A stretch of DNA of 64,000 nt, taken from NCBI GenBank assembly GCA_963834475.1, contig CAWIBZ010000003.1:26701-90700 (forward strand), given 5' to 3'. Origin of the DNA: an uncultured Alphaproteobacteria bacterium. Its GTDB lineage: Bacteria; Pseudomonadota; Alphaproteobacteria; Acetobacterales; Acetobacteraceae. The notes under the pieces were generated by a model, which was given only the letters and a program-made list of their open reading frames with translations, had not been told where the DNA came from and searched no databases. The position numbers and the translations under genes were made by a program. Positions within the stretch are counted from its first letter, which is position 1, and each line of letters begins with the position of its first letter. Shown here in pieces: positions 8,304 through 17,602 of the stretch.

Positions 8304-9404
8304 ATGGCTCGAATCAGGAGCGTCCATCCGGGGCTATGGACCGATGAGGCATTCGTCGCTCTGTCGCCGTTTGCCCGCCTCCTCGCGATCGGGATCTGGA
8401 CCGAATGCGACGACCAGGGACTTTTCGCGTGGAAGCCGTTGCAGCTCAAGATGCGCCTGATGCCGGCGGACAGCGTCGATATCGCGGCCCTCCTCGCCGA
8501 GCTGCTCGACGGCGGCCTGATCGGTCGGTTCACAGTCGGCAAAGCCGATCTCGGCGCTGTGCGGAACTTTCGGAAATTCCAGCGACCGGAGCGGCCCAAC
8601 GCCGTTCATCCAATCACCGCTGACATCGCGGCGTTTATCGGCCTGGAATCGACGACACACACCGGCAGCGCGAAGAAGGCTCCCCGATATGGCGGCGATC
8701 CGCAGCGCGAAGGCGATGATGCAACACCGACAGTCCGGGAAGGATCGCCTACATCTCAGGGAGCGGTAGGTGAACAATCGCCACAGAGCGATGATCACTC
8801 GGCGACCGATCACCAACACGGCGGAGATCCTTCAGCGGAGGCTCCCCGAGGCGACACCGACCAATCGGAGGTCGAACATAGAGCCATCACCGATCAATCG
8901 GAGGGTGAACACGAAGCTATCACCGATCAATCGGAGCGCGATCAGCGACCGCTCACCGATGATTCACCGACAGATCACCGAAAGTCGGGGCAGATGGAGG
9001 ATGGAGAGGAGAGGAAGGGAGAGAAAAGAGATTCCCCCTCCCTTCGGTCGGGGGACGCGCGCGCGAGGGCGCCGACGGCCCGAGGAACCCGATTGCCGGC
9101 AGACTGGGAGCCATCCGAGATCGAAGCTGACTTCGCACTGCAGCTCGGGCTCGACGCAGAGCGCGTGGCGGCGCGGTTCCGGGATTACTGGCACTCGAAG
9201 CCCGGTCAGGCCGGCGTGAAATGCGACTGGACCGCGACCTGGCGCAACTGGTGCCGCGAGGAGGCCGATCGCGGCCGAGGTGGGCTCCGAGGGATGCCGC
9301 CTGGGGGACCGATGCCGCCGGAGGGCCCGATGACGCGCCTCGCCAGGGAGGCGCGCGCCAGACGCGGTGACGGGGTGGGACCAATCATCGAGGGCCTGCA
9401 ATGA
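8304..9404 (+). CDS. Phage replication initiator (O-like, N-terminal wHTH, DnaT-like C-terminus)
   Basis: MARIRSVHPGLWTDE N-terminus; RGTRLPADWEPS...FRDYW...DWTATWRNW C-terminus; internal iterons. Confidence 0.85.
   Translation: MARIRSVHPGLWTDEAFVALSPFARLLAIGIWTECDDQGLFAWKPLQLKMRLMPADSVDIAALLAELLDGGLIGRFTVGKADLGAVRNFRKFQRPERPNAVHPITADIAAFIGLESTTHTGSAKKAPRYGGDPQREGDDATPTVREGSPTSQGAVGEQSPQSDDHSATDHQHGGDPSAEAPRGDTDQSEVEHRAITDQSEGEHEAITDQSERDQRPLTDDSPTDHRKSGQMEDGEERKGEKRDSPSLRSGDARARAPTARGTRLPADWEPSEIEADFALQLGLDAERVAARFRDYWHSKPGQAGVKCDWTATWRNWCREEADRGRGGLRGMPPGGPMPPEGPMTRLAREARARRGDGVGPIIEGLQ
8801..8985 (+). repeat. Iteron array / probable phage origin inside the initiator gene
   Basis: CACCGAYCAATCGGAG at 8855, 8888, 8921 (33-bp period) plus flanking partial TCACCGA copies. 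Confidence 0.75.
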
Positions 9405-9949
9405 GCTGCCAGTCGAGGTTTGAATGGTTTTCGATGCTCGCCAAGCTGGCCTACCCGGCCAATCCCGGCCGGGCGGAAGAGGCGCTGATGCCAATGCTCG
9501 CCCGGTTTTCCGATCTGCCAGAGCATGCCTTCACGGACGAAAGCCTCGAGCACGTCATCACCTCCCCGCGGCGCATGGCAATTCCGAGCTACGACGAGAT
9601 CCGGAAGCCTCTCGCTGCCTGGTGGTGGGAGAGGAAGCGCACCGCGGACCAGCGGCTCGGCCGGGACGAATGGCCCGCGCTACCGGCGCCAGCTGCCATC
9701 GTTGACGCTGCGCCCGCCGACGCCCGCGAACGCGTAGCCGCGGCAATGGCGATCTTTCGGAGGAACATTGCGGAGGTCAAGGCGACCCGGCCACCGGAGC
9801 GCCCCATCAAGCTCGATCCGGGCCACCTATCCGACGCTGATCTTCTCGTCACTTGCGAGGCCATGGCGGCGCAGGGAAATGGGCCGGCCGCGATCCGGGC
9901 GGCAGGTCTGCGAGCCAAAATGGGGAAGGAACATGCGGATGAACGCTGA
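9401..9949 (+). CDS. Replication-associated protein (helicase-loader position)
   Basis: Coupled directly after the initiator; no motif recognised. Confidence 0.6.
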   Translation: MSCQSRFEWFSMLAKLAYPANPGRAEEALMPMLARFSDLPEHAFTDESLEHVITSPRRMAIPSYDEIRKPLAAWWWERKRTADQRLGRDEWPALPAPAAIVDAAPADARERVAAAMAIFRRNIAEVKATRPPERPIKLDPGHLSDADLLVTCEAMAAQGNGPAAIRAAGLRAKMGKEHADER

Positions 9950-10301
9950 GCAGTTCAGGGCACCATCCGCGCTTGAGCTATCCTTGCAGCAACAGCGGGA
10001 CATGTTCGCCGCCGCTGCGTCTGATCCGGCGCGTTCCTATTCGGCGCGCTCCTCAGCTGAGACAACGGTGCGTGATCTTGATCAGAGGCTTGCCCGCGCC
10101 CGCATGTGCAGAGCTGCGCAGCTGGAGGTGGCGGAACAGGTAGAGCGAGAGGTCAGCGCGCTGCGCACCGCGCTCCGGGACATCGTCAAGGCAGCATCAG
10201 GCAAGTCGAAGGGCGCGTTGTTCCGTGCGATCGAGCGCGGCCGTGATTGCCTTCGCGACCACGCTGCCGGGCTGCCCGCCGACCCAGGAGCCCGCCGGTG
10301 A
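9939..10301 (+). CDS. Hypothetical coiled-coil protein
   Basis: Overlapping start with AGGA RBS. Confidence 0.5.
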   Translation: MNAEQFRAPSALELSLQQQRDMFAAAASDPARSYSARSSAETTVRDLDQRLARARMCRAAQLEVAEQVEREVSALRTALRDIVKAASGKSKGALFRAIERGRDCLRDHAAGLPADPGARR

Positions 10302-10404
10302 CCGCTCCCACCCCCATGGGGGTCAAAAACCGCGGTCGCAGGCCGTTTGTGGACCGGGCCCTCACCATTTTTTCGCGCGTGCATAATGGAGGAAAAAGGA
10401 TCGC

Positions 10405-10674
10405 ATGACCGAACGCATCGCCTGCGCCGCCCTGCGCCTGCCGGCTGGCTCTATCGTTAGCGTCGAGCCGCCGCTTCGCCATTACCACGCACGTCAGGAG
10501 GCCCGGAGGCTGGGGCATTTCTTTGCGGAGATTCACGGCGCCGAGGAAGGCTATCTCACCAACGGTGGCCGCTTCGTCGGCCCGCGCGAGGGCGCTCGCA
10601 TCGCCGACGAAATCGGACAGCGGAAGGCGCGCCTCGGATCCGGTGAGATGCTGATGGCCGAGGAACTCTGGTGA
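10405..10674 (+). CDS. Conserved-type hypothetical phage protein
   Basis: P.RH...EGYLTNGGRFV.PRE...L.AEELW pattern, resembling a recurrent phage family; strong RBS. Confidence 0.7.
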   Translation: MTERIACAALRLPAGSIVSVEPPLRHYHARQEARRLGHFFAEIHGAEEGYLTNGGRFVGPREGARIADEIGQRKARLGSGEMLMAEELW

Positions 10675-10886
10675 TGAGCCAGCGCAGTCTCCTTGAAGTC
10701 AACCACGATCATGCGCCCGGACCGTCCGATGCCGAGTTGCTGACCTGGGCCCGCCAACTGACCGGCTACATCCGCAGTGGCGACGAGCGCTATCTGCCGC
10801 GCGGCATCCAACTCAAGCATCGCCGGCATCACACCGAGCCGGATCGGTCCTGGCTTCCTCCCCGTCCCCGCGTCTCTCCCCGCTGA
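10671..10886 (+). CDS. Small hypothetical protein
   Basis: Coupled ORF. Confidence 0.4.
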   Translation: MMSQRSLLEVNHDHAPGPSDAELLTWARQLTGYIRSGDERYLPRGIQLKHRRHHTEPDRSWLPPRPRVSPR

Positions 10887-10896
10887 AGGTGTCCCC

Positions 10897-11730
10897 ATGC
10901 TCGCCAAAGTCCCAGGCCTTTCTGATGATGTCACCATGTCTTTCGCTCGCATCGACGCAGCCGCTGATGCGGAACGGGAGCGTGTAGCCACTGTTCTGCG
11001 CAGCGGTGCTCCGGCGCCGCTGGATTTGCCGCCGCTGCCAGAGCCGCCGCCAGGTCCGCTCACCCGCAAGCAGAAGCGCGCTTATCAGGAGCGTCTGCGC
11101 CGCGCCCAGAACAAGCGCGACAAACTGGAGCGAGAGAATCTGCGGGCCCAGAAGGAGGAAGCTGAGGCTGAGCGGGTTGCGCCCGGGGTGCGTCGGCATG
11201 CGATTGTCGATGGAGATGGTGTCGTGTTGCGGCCAGCAGTCATCGAGCGGGATGGTGCGACCTACCGGCGCGCGAATGCGATCGCCCATCTGCAGAAGAA
11301 AATGCCGAAGTTCATCAAGGATCGACATGTCCACGCGTGCCAGCGCTTCCTGGCTGCGTGCGAGGAGGTTGGCGGCGGCGTCGGGCTCGGCGCGAGCGAT
11401 TACCTGAGCAAGACGTCTGGCGAAGCGTCCGGTAATGGCGTTTCGGAGGCAAAGCAATCAGCCATCCTTTCGCAATGCACGATGCGAACCGAGCTTGAGG
11501 GTGCGCTCGCGTGGATGGGCGGGGCCAGCGGAATTGTCGCGGCAATCCTCTGCCGAGCCGAAACCGTCGCGTCGTGGTCGCGATCGCAGTCGCCGGAAAT
11601 GGATCCGCGTGTGGGACTGGGGATGCTTATTTCCGGCCTGGATCGCCTGGCGGATTTCTACAATCCGCCGGATCCCCGTGCGCAGCGGATTCGCGTTGCC
11701 TTCTTTGAGGGGATATTTTCTAGAGATTAA
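10897..11730 (+). CDS. Putative late-gene regulator (DUF6456-like, Q position)
   Basis: Last early gene; C-terminal ...ETVASWS...GLGMLISGLDRLADFY HTH-like region. Confidence 0.6.
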   Translation: MLAKVPGLSDDVTMSFARIDAAADAERERVATVLRSGAPAPLDLPPLPEPPPGPLTRKQKRAYQERLRRAQNKRDKLERENLRAQKEEAEAERVAPGVRRHAIVDGDGVVLRPAVIERDGATYRRANAIAHLQKKMPKFIKDRHVHACQRFLAACEEVGGGVGLGASDYLSKTSGEASGNGVSEAKQSAILSQCTMRTELEGALAWMGGASGIVAAILCRAETVASWSRSQSPEMDPRVGLGMLISGLDRLADFYNPPDPRAQRIRVAFFEGIFSRD

Positions 11731-11968
11731 CGGATCGACAAACGCGCGAATGGGACGATAGGAGCCGAAACCGCGCGAAGTCCCCTGCGATCGGCCAAAG
11801 ACGACGAGTCGATCGAAAATTGTCCCATTCAAACCGTTTTTATATTGCAATATAGAGAGAGCCATGTTCATTCGAATGGCGAGGCATTTGAAAGCTGATA
11901 AAACTCAGTCGCACGCGCTTCTTTGGGCTCTCGGGCGGGCTGGAGAAACGCTCGAAGGGGAAGATTGG

Positions 11969-13037
11969 GTGTCAAATTCGACGGCATATTATCCGGGCGG
12001 ATCCCGAGCTCGGGTTACCAGAGCCGGCCAAGCAGTCAGAGAGGGGAAGAGCTCCCTAGACGATCTAGTCGCCATTGATGTTTGGCGGGCTGCGCACCAG
12101 CCGGTACCTAATACCTTCCAGGCGATGCTTCGTGCGCGTGCCAAAGGGCAGGATGTCGTCGTAGCGCAACGACACAAGCGTAAACTGACTATCTTTGACA
12201 AGCTTCGTCGTTTTCCAAAGATGGAGCTGGCGCGGATGGACGACATAGCTGGCTGCAGATTGATTTTCCCTGACATCAAATCTCTCCATGATTTTCGCAG
12301 TCAATTTCACAATGCAAAATTTAAGCATCGGCGTCGCAACGGCGTTGAAAAATATGACTATATCGAAAGGCCAAAAGCGACAGGCTATCGGGGCATCCAT
12401 GATGTCTACGAATACGATGCCAATAGTGAAAAGGGTCGCCCCTACAAAGGACTGTTTATCGAGCTGCAGGTACAGAACCTATGTGCAGCATGCTTGGGCG
12501 ACGGCCGTAGAAGTCATCGGTCTGATTACGGCGCATCAGCCCAAATTTCAGCAGGGCGACAAAAGATTTGAGCTTGCAATGGCACTTGCAAGCGAAATTC
12601 TGTCCCGCGCTTTCGAAAATAAGACGTCGTGCTTTCCTCTTCTATCAGACGAAACAACTGTTAAATCATTTTTGGATTTGGACCGAGAAATTGGAATTAT
12701 GAAATTGCTACGCGGACTCAACGCCGCTGACGAAGAAGTAAACGCGAAGAAGAACGTTATATTGATGTTTACCGGTAAAGACGAGCTTGAAGTTCGCTCC
12801 TTTCGAGATGCCTCCGAAGCACTCAGAGTTCTATTCGATTTGGAGAAAGCTAATCCCGGGAATGATATCGTCCTCGTCAGAGCGGCCTCCGGAACTGATG
12901 TCCGTATTGCCTTCAGGAACTACTTTTCCGACGCCCGTGATTTCATTCGTTTGGTCGAAGAGGGCTGCCAAAGCCTCGCGGGGCGAGTTGTTCCGGGAGA
13001 CATTGCGCCCTTTCTCCAACTGGAGAGTAAATTGTAA
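11969..13037 (+). pseudogene. CapRel-like fused toxSAS (RelA/SpoT synthetase) + antitoxin; one frameshift at ~12470
   Basis: QRHKRKLTIFDKL.R, RMDDIAGCR, YDYIERPKATGYRGIH, IELQ/YRT..QHAWATAVE; C-terminal DIVLV...AFRNYFSD; lower GC; extra G in CAGGTAC. Confidence 0.8.
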
Positions 13038-13271
13038 TCTGCTTTTCCGTCGGCTTGGTATCTCCGGTTCCCGACATGACCTCGGTGTGTCGCACTGTTA
13101 AGCAGAGGCATTTAGCGAAGCTGCGGTGCGGCTAGCTTCTCCCGTCGCCGAGTCCCAGTGTCCGTCCTATGCAAGCCAAAGTCCCCGACCCAACGGGCGA
13201 TTTCGCGACGCATTCCGTTAAACCGATACACGCCTGCAACTAAGCACACATCGATGGCCACGCGGATATTG

Positions 13272-13300
13272 TTGACGCATGTGCAGGATTGTGTATGACT
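13272..13300 (+). promoter_or_regulatory. Possible sigma70 late promoter
   Basis: TTGACG-N16-TATGAC upstream of the late operon; imperfect -10. Confidence 0.35.
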
Positions 13301-13377
13301 TTCATCAGGCTCTCGAATTGTGCCCGGCGGCCCTGCGAGGGACACTTCCTAAAATCAACCGAGCGGTTTAGTTCTGC

Positions 13378-14052
13378 GTGGCCGCAATCAATGTCACCGT
13401 CAGCACCAAAGCAGCGACGAATCTGCTGGCGTCGGTTGCTAAGCAACTGCCGTTTGCGGTTGCGAGCGCCGCGAATGACTTGGCGCGCCAGGTTCGCGAA
13501 GCTGAGCGCGCCGCGGTCCCGCAAGTCTTTAAGCATCCGCGGCCCTTTACAACGAACTCGGTCTTCACCCGGCCCGCCACGAAGAGGAATCCGCAGGCTG
13601 CCGTCTTCATTCGGCCCGAGGTGGCGAAATACCTGCTGCCCTATGAAGAGGGCGGTCTGCATGTTCTGCCCGGGAAGGGCAGCACTCTACTTAAGCCGGT
13701 GGATGCGCAAACCAACTCATATGGTCAGCTTCCTCGCCGCCTAACGGCGCAGCTCAATGCGCGCAAAGACGTTTTCGTCGGGCCGGTCACCACCAAAGAC
13801 GGCAAAACGATCAACGGTTTCTGGCAGCGTCTGGACGTGACTCGCCAAGGCAACGCCCGCCGCCGGAGACGCGAGCAAGGGACGATCTTCAGCCAGGAGC
13901 ATGGCGCGCTCAAGCTTCTGATCCGGTTCGGTGATGCGCTGCCGGTGAAACAGCGCCTCGATTTCAGATCCCGCGCCGGCGCGCTGGTCGCGGCGAACGT
14001 TGGGCCAGCATTCGCCCGGGCGCTGGCCAAGGCGCTCGCCACGGCGAGATGA
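13378..14052 (+). CDS. Phage morphogenesis protein (GpZ/tail-completion-like)
   Basis: KQLPFAVASAANDLA...FKHPRPFTTNS type, typically found before terminase. Confidence 0.6.
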   Translation: MAAINVTVSTKAATNLLASVAKQLPFAVASAANDLARQVREAERAAVPQVFKHPRPFTTNSVFTRPATKRNPQAAVFIRPEVAKYLLPYEEGGLHVLPGKGSTLLKPVDAQTNSYGQLPRRLTAQLNARKDVFVGPVTTKDGKTINGFWQRLDVTRQGNARRRRREQGTIFSQEHGALKLLIRFGDALPVKQRLDFRSRAGALVAANVGPAFARALAKALATAR

Positions 14053-14232
14053 GTCACCGCCACAGGAGGTGGCTGGGCCGTTGCAGACCGGGACGTGGCC
14101 CCGGCAAGCGTCACCAGCGGCTCAACCACCATCGCAGAACCAGGTCAGAACCGACGACAGCGGCAAATATCAGCTGCCATCGGGATCGAACGAAGCTGGT
14201 CAGTCTCATCCCTGGGTGCCGCAGTGATGAAG

Positions 14233-14397
14233 TCACTTGGGCATTGCTCCCGCTGGTCGACTTGGCCGGTTGACGTGCTCGAACGCCTCGTCGGCGGTGT
14301 CCAAGACGTCGGTCAGCTTGTTGTCTTTCGCCACGGTGTCGACCGGCTCTCCGGTATCGTCGAAATGCGCCAGCGACGAAGCTTGAAACTCACTCAT
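14233..14397 (-). CDS. Small acidic protein (54 aa)
   Basis: AAGGAG RBS; MSEFQASSLAHFDDTGEPVDTVAKDNKLTDVLDTADEAFEHVNRPSRPAGAMPK. Confidence 0.5.
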   Translation of the reverse strand: MSEFQASSLAHFDDTGEPVDTVAKDNKLTDVLDTADEAFEHVNRPSRPAGAMPK

Positions 14398-14599
14398 GTC
14401 GGGCTCCTTGGTTTAGTTAGAGGCCGAGTTAACAGCCTTTCGTGTCCGCATGATTGCGGGCGCGGTCACCGTCCCGTGAGAGTGGTCACGTTCGCGGTGG
14501 GTAATGGCCCCTCCGACGGAAGGCGCGCATGTCCTCGAACCCTGACGCGTCAGGACTGACCCATGCAAAGGGCGCGGGCGCCCACAATCAGTCATGCGA

Positions 14600-14650
14600 T
14601 TTTGGGTCCTCCCGGGAGGTCCCCCGTAACGCGGGCATTGCGCACCGCGA
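14600..14650 (+). promoter_or_regulatory. Putative cos packaging site
   Basis: GGGTCCT (identical to lambda cosQ) at 14604-14610 followed by CGCGGG, directly upstream of terS. Confidence 0.5.
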
Positions 14651-14678
14651 TGTATCCCTAGACATAGGGCCGTAAAAG

Positions 14679-15263
14679 TTGTCCGCACTTGGCATCTCCA
14701 TTCGCGAGTTCGCGCGTCGCGATGGCTGCAATGACAAGCTTGTTCGCCGAGCGCTGGAAACCGGAAAACTCAAGACTCTGTCTGACGGAACGCTTGATCC
14801 GGCGCTTGTCGGCACGAGCTGGCGGAAGTCCAATCGGCGGCCCGCAGCGGGTGCGGACAGTGTGGCGGATGTCCGCACCCAGGTGTCCGCACCACCGAAG
14901 TTGTCCGCACTATCCCAATCTGAGTCCGAGAGCGCCGCGCAGGCAGCCGAACGCATCATCGCGCAGAACGGAGTGCCCTACAGCCTGCCGGAGGCCGAGC
15001 GCGTCAAGGAGAACTACCTCGCGCTCCTACGTCAGCTCGAATACGATCAAAAGTCCGGTCAGGTCGTTTCCGTTGCCGAGGTCTCTCGCGCGGTCGGCCA
15101 GGAATACGCCAAGGTACGAACGCGCCTTCTAGCGATCCCGGCCGAGCAGGCCCCTCGCATTCATCGCCTCAAGACGGCCGCGGAGATACAGGACGCATTG
15201 CAGACCATCATCGTCGAGGCGCTAGAGGAATTGACCCGTGACGGAGCCAGCGCCGCCGGCTGA
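14679..15263 (+). CDS. Terminase small subunit (Nu1-like)
   Basis: N-terminal wHTH ISIREFARRDG; EAERVKENY.A.LRQLEYD...RTRLLAIP; precedes TerL. Confidence 0.88.
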   Translation: MSALGISIREFARRDGCNDKLVRRALETGKLKTLSDGTLDPALVGTSWRKSNRRPAAGADSVADVRTQVSAPPKLSALSQSESESAAQAAERIIAQNGVPYSLPEAERVKENYLALLRQLEYDQKSGQVVSVAEVSRAVGQEYAKVRTRLLAIPAEQAPRIHRLKTAAEIQDALQTIIVEALEELTRDGASAAG

Positions 15264-17286
15264 GACGCGGCGCTACGAGCGGGGTTACCAAGCGCTCCTA
15301 GCTGGTCTGAACGATGCGCGGCATCAGAACCTGAAGCCGCCGCCGAAACTGACCTTGAGCCAGTGGGCGGATCGCTATGCGGTCCTTTCGCCAGAGACGA
15401 GCGCCCAGACTGGCCGATTTCGAGCCTACGCCTATCAGGTGGGCATGATGGATGCGATCACCGATCCGGCCGTAACATCGGTCACGGTGATGAAGGGAGC
15501 GCGTGTCGGCTACACGAAGGTGCTTGATCACACGATCGGGTACTTCCTTCATCAGGATCCATCGCCGATTCTGGTCGTTCAACCCCGCGTCGAGGACGCC
15601 GAGGACTACAGCAAGACCGAGATCGCACCGATGTTGCGCGATGTGCCGGTACTGGCGCAGATCGCGGGCGACCCGAAGGCCAAGGATGGCAGTCAAACCA
15701 TCCTTAAGAAGACGCTGCTGAATGGGTCCAGCCTGACCCTGGTCGGTGCCAATAGCCCGGGCGGCTTCCGGCGCATCACCGTCCGCGTTGCTCTCTTCGA
15801 TGAGGTGGACGGCTATCCGTCCGGCGGTGCTGGGTCGGAGGGCGACCAGATCGCCCTTGGCATCAAGCGCACTGAGACTTTTTGGAACCGCAAGATTGTG
15901 CTCGGCAGCACCCCCACGGTGAAGGGCTTGAGCCGGATCGAGAAGAGCTGGGAACAGAGCGACCAGCGCCGATATTTTGTGCCCTGCCCCCATTGCGGCG
16001 AAATGCAGTATCTGGAATGGGGCGGCAGGGATTCACCTCACGGCATCAAATGGCGCAAGGATGAACAGGGGCGCCATCTTCCCGAGACCGCGGTCTATGT
16101 TTGTCGTGCCAACGGCTGCATCATCGAGGAGGCCGATAAGCCCGAGATGATCGCGGCCGGCGAGTGGCGCGCATCGAAGCCATTCAACGGCCATGCCGGC
16201 TTCCACATCTGGGCTGGCTACAGCCTCCATGTAAATGCGTCGTGGGCGAACCTGGCGGCCGAGTGGCTCGAGGTAAAAGACGATCCGCTGCGGCGTCAGA
16301 CGTTCATCAACCTGGTGCTCGGCGAGCCTTACGAAGACCGCGGCGATAAGGCGCTGAGCGAGCGCATCTTAGCCGCGCGCACTGAGGTATGGGCTGGAGA
16401 GGTGCCTACCGGCGTCGCGGTGCTGACGGCGGCGGGCGACGTGCAGGACGATCGCGTCGAGATTGAGATCGCGGGCTGGGGCGCGAACGAGGAACGGTGG
16501 AGCATCGCTCACGAGGTCATCGAAGGTGATCCCGACAGCCCGGAGCTCTGGCAGCAAGTTGACGCCTACCTGAAACGCAAATGGCGTCGCGCTGACGGTA
16601 GAGAGTTTGAAATCGCATCGGCCTGCATTGATTCCGGCGGCCATCACACGCAGAAGGTCTATGAGTTCTGCAAGGCGCGGCTCGGCCGCCGCATATGGGC
16701 AGTGAAGGGCGAATCTGCGCAAGGCGGCGCCCGATCTCCCGTGTGGCCGACCAAGAAACCGAGCGCGCGAAACAAACAGGCATTCCGTCCGGTCATCATC
16801 GGCGTGAATGCAGCTAAAGACCTCATCCGGTCTCGGCTTGCCCAAAAGCAACCGGAGCTGGGGGAACCAAGCCCCGGCTACATGCATTATCCGACCGATC
16901 GGGATATCAATTTTTTTGCCCAGCTCATATCCGAACGGCTGGTGGTGAAAACGATCAACGGCCAGCGTTACCGCGTGTGGGAACTGACACCGGGAAGAGC
17001 GAACGAGGCGCTGGATCTCGCCGTTTATTCGTACGCTGCCCTCTGTGGACTCCTGCATTTCGGCTTGAGACTGAACCAGCGAGCCGAGGCAGTCACCAAG
17101 CCATACGTCGCCGCCCGCGCCGAACCACCGCCGCAAGCGCCCGCGGCCATGATCCAGGGCCCGGTCTACACGCCGGCCCCGCCCGCCGGGGTGCCCCAGA
17201 CGCCTGCCCCTCGGGGTCCAACGGTTCAGATGGCGCCCCCGACCAGACAACGCCGCAGTTTCTCCGGCCGCTTAGCCGGGGCCTGA
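15238..17286 (+). CDS. Terminase large subunit, lambda GpA family
   Basis: KGARVGYT Walker A, LFDEVD Walker B, STPT, CPHCG, DVQDDR, IDSGG, NEALD. Confidence 0.97.
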   Translation: MTEPAPPAETRRYERGYQALLAGLNDARHQNLKPPPKLTLSQWADRYAVLSPETSAQTGRFRAYAYQVGMMDAITDPAVTSVTVMKGARVGYTKVLDHTIGYFLHQDPSPILVVQPRVEDAEDYSKTEIAPMLRDVPVLAQIAGDPKAKDGSQTILKKTLLNGSSLTLVGANSPGGFRRITVRVALFDEVDGYPSGGAGSEGDQIALGIKRTETFWNRKIVLGSTPTVKGLSRIEKSWEQSDQRRYFVPCPHCGEMQYLEWGGRDSPHGIKWRKDEQGRHLPETAVYVCRANGCIIEEADKPEMIAAGEWRASKPFNGHAGFHIWAGYSLHVNASWANLAAEWLEVKDDPLRRQTFINLVLGEPYEDRGDKALSERILAARTEVWAGEVPTGVAVLTAAGDVQDDRVEIEIAGWGANEERWSIAHEVIEGDPDSPELWQQVDAYLKRKWRRADGREFEIASACIDSGGHHTQKVYEFCKARLGRRIWAVKGESAQGGARSPVWPTKKPSARNKQAFRPVIIGVNAAKDLIRSRLAQKQPELGEPSPGYMHYPTDRDINFFAQLISERLVVKTINGQRYRVWELTPGRANEALDLAVYSYAALCGLLHFGLRLNQRAEAVTKPYVAARAEPPPQAPAAMIQGPVYTPAPPAGVPQTPAPRGPTVQMAPPTRQRRSFSGRLAGA

Positions 17287-17291
17287 GCGCG

Positions 17292-17335
17292 TTCAGCGCC
17301 GTGAGGCGCCACGTCCCTCTGATGGAGACTTCCCT
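17292..17335 (+). promoter_or_regulatory. Late-leader GUGA hairpin/RBS motif, copy 1
   Basis: GCGCC-GTGA-GGCGC...CGTCCCTCTGATGGAG; repeated at 21730 and 25823. Confidence 0.65.
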
Positions 17336-17602
17336 ATGCGCTTCAACCCGCGAACGTCGATCTTCGCGGGCATGCCTCGGCCGCAATTGGAAGCGGCGTT
17401 GCGCAGCGCGCAGCAGGCATACGTTGAACTATCCAGCGGGGCGAAGGTTGTTACCGCATCCTATAGTCAGGGTGATGGGGCCAAATCGGTCACCTACACG
17501 GCCGCGACGCTCCCGAACCTCGTCGCCATGATCAAGGAACTGCAAGCCCAACTTGGCATCGTCCGCCATGCGCGGCGCCCGCAGCGGTTCTGGTTTCGCT
17601 GA
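17336..17602 (+). CDS. Head-to-tail joining protein gpW
   Basis: AQQAYVELSSGAKVV..SY.QGDG.KSVTY...L...I.ELQAQLG; between TerL and portal. Confidence 0.88.
   Translation: MRFNPRTSIFAGMPRPQLEAALRSAQQAYVELSSGAKVVTASYSQGDGAKSVTYTAATLPNLVAMIKELQAQLGIVRHARRPQRFWFR

Noticed and set aside
8801-8985. 33-bp periodic repeats as a possible CRISPR array
   Set aside because: In-frame inside a CDS, spacers too short and similar, no cas genes; iterons fit better
14049-14273. 74-aa Arg/His-rich ORF coupled to the GpZ-like gene
   Set aside because: Composition looks non-coding and it overlaps a better-supported antisense small ORF
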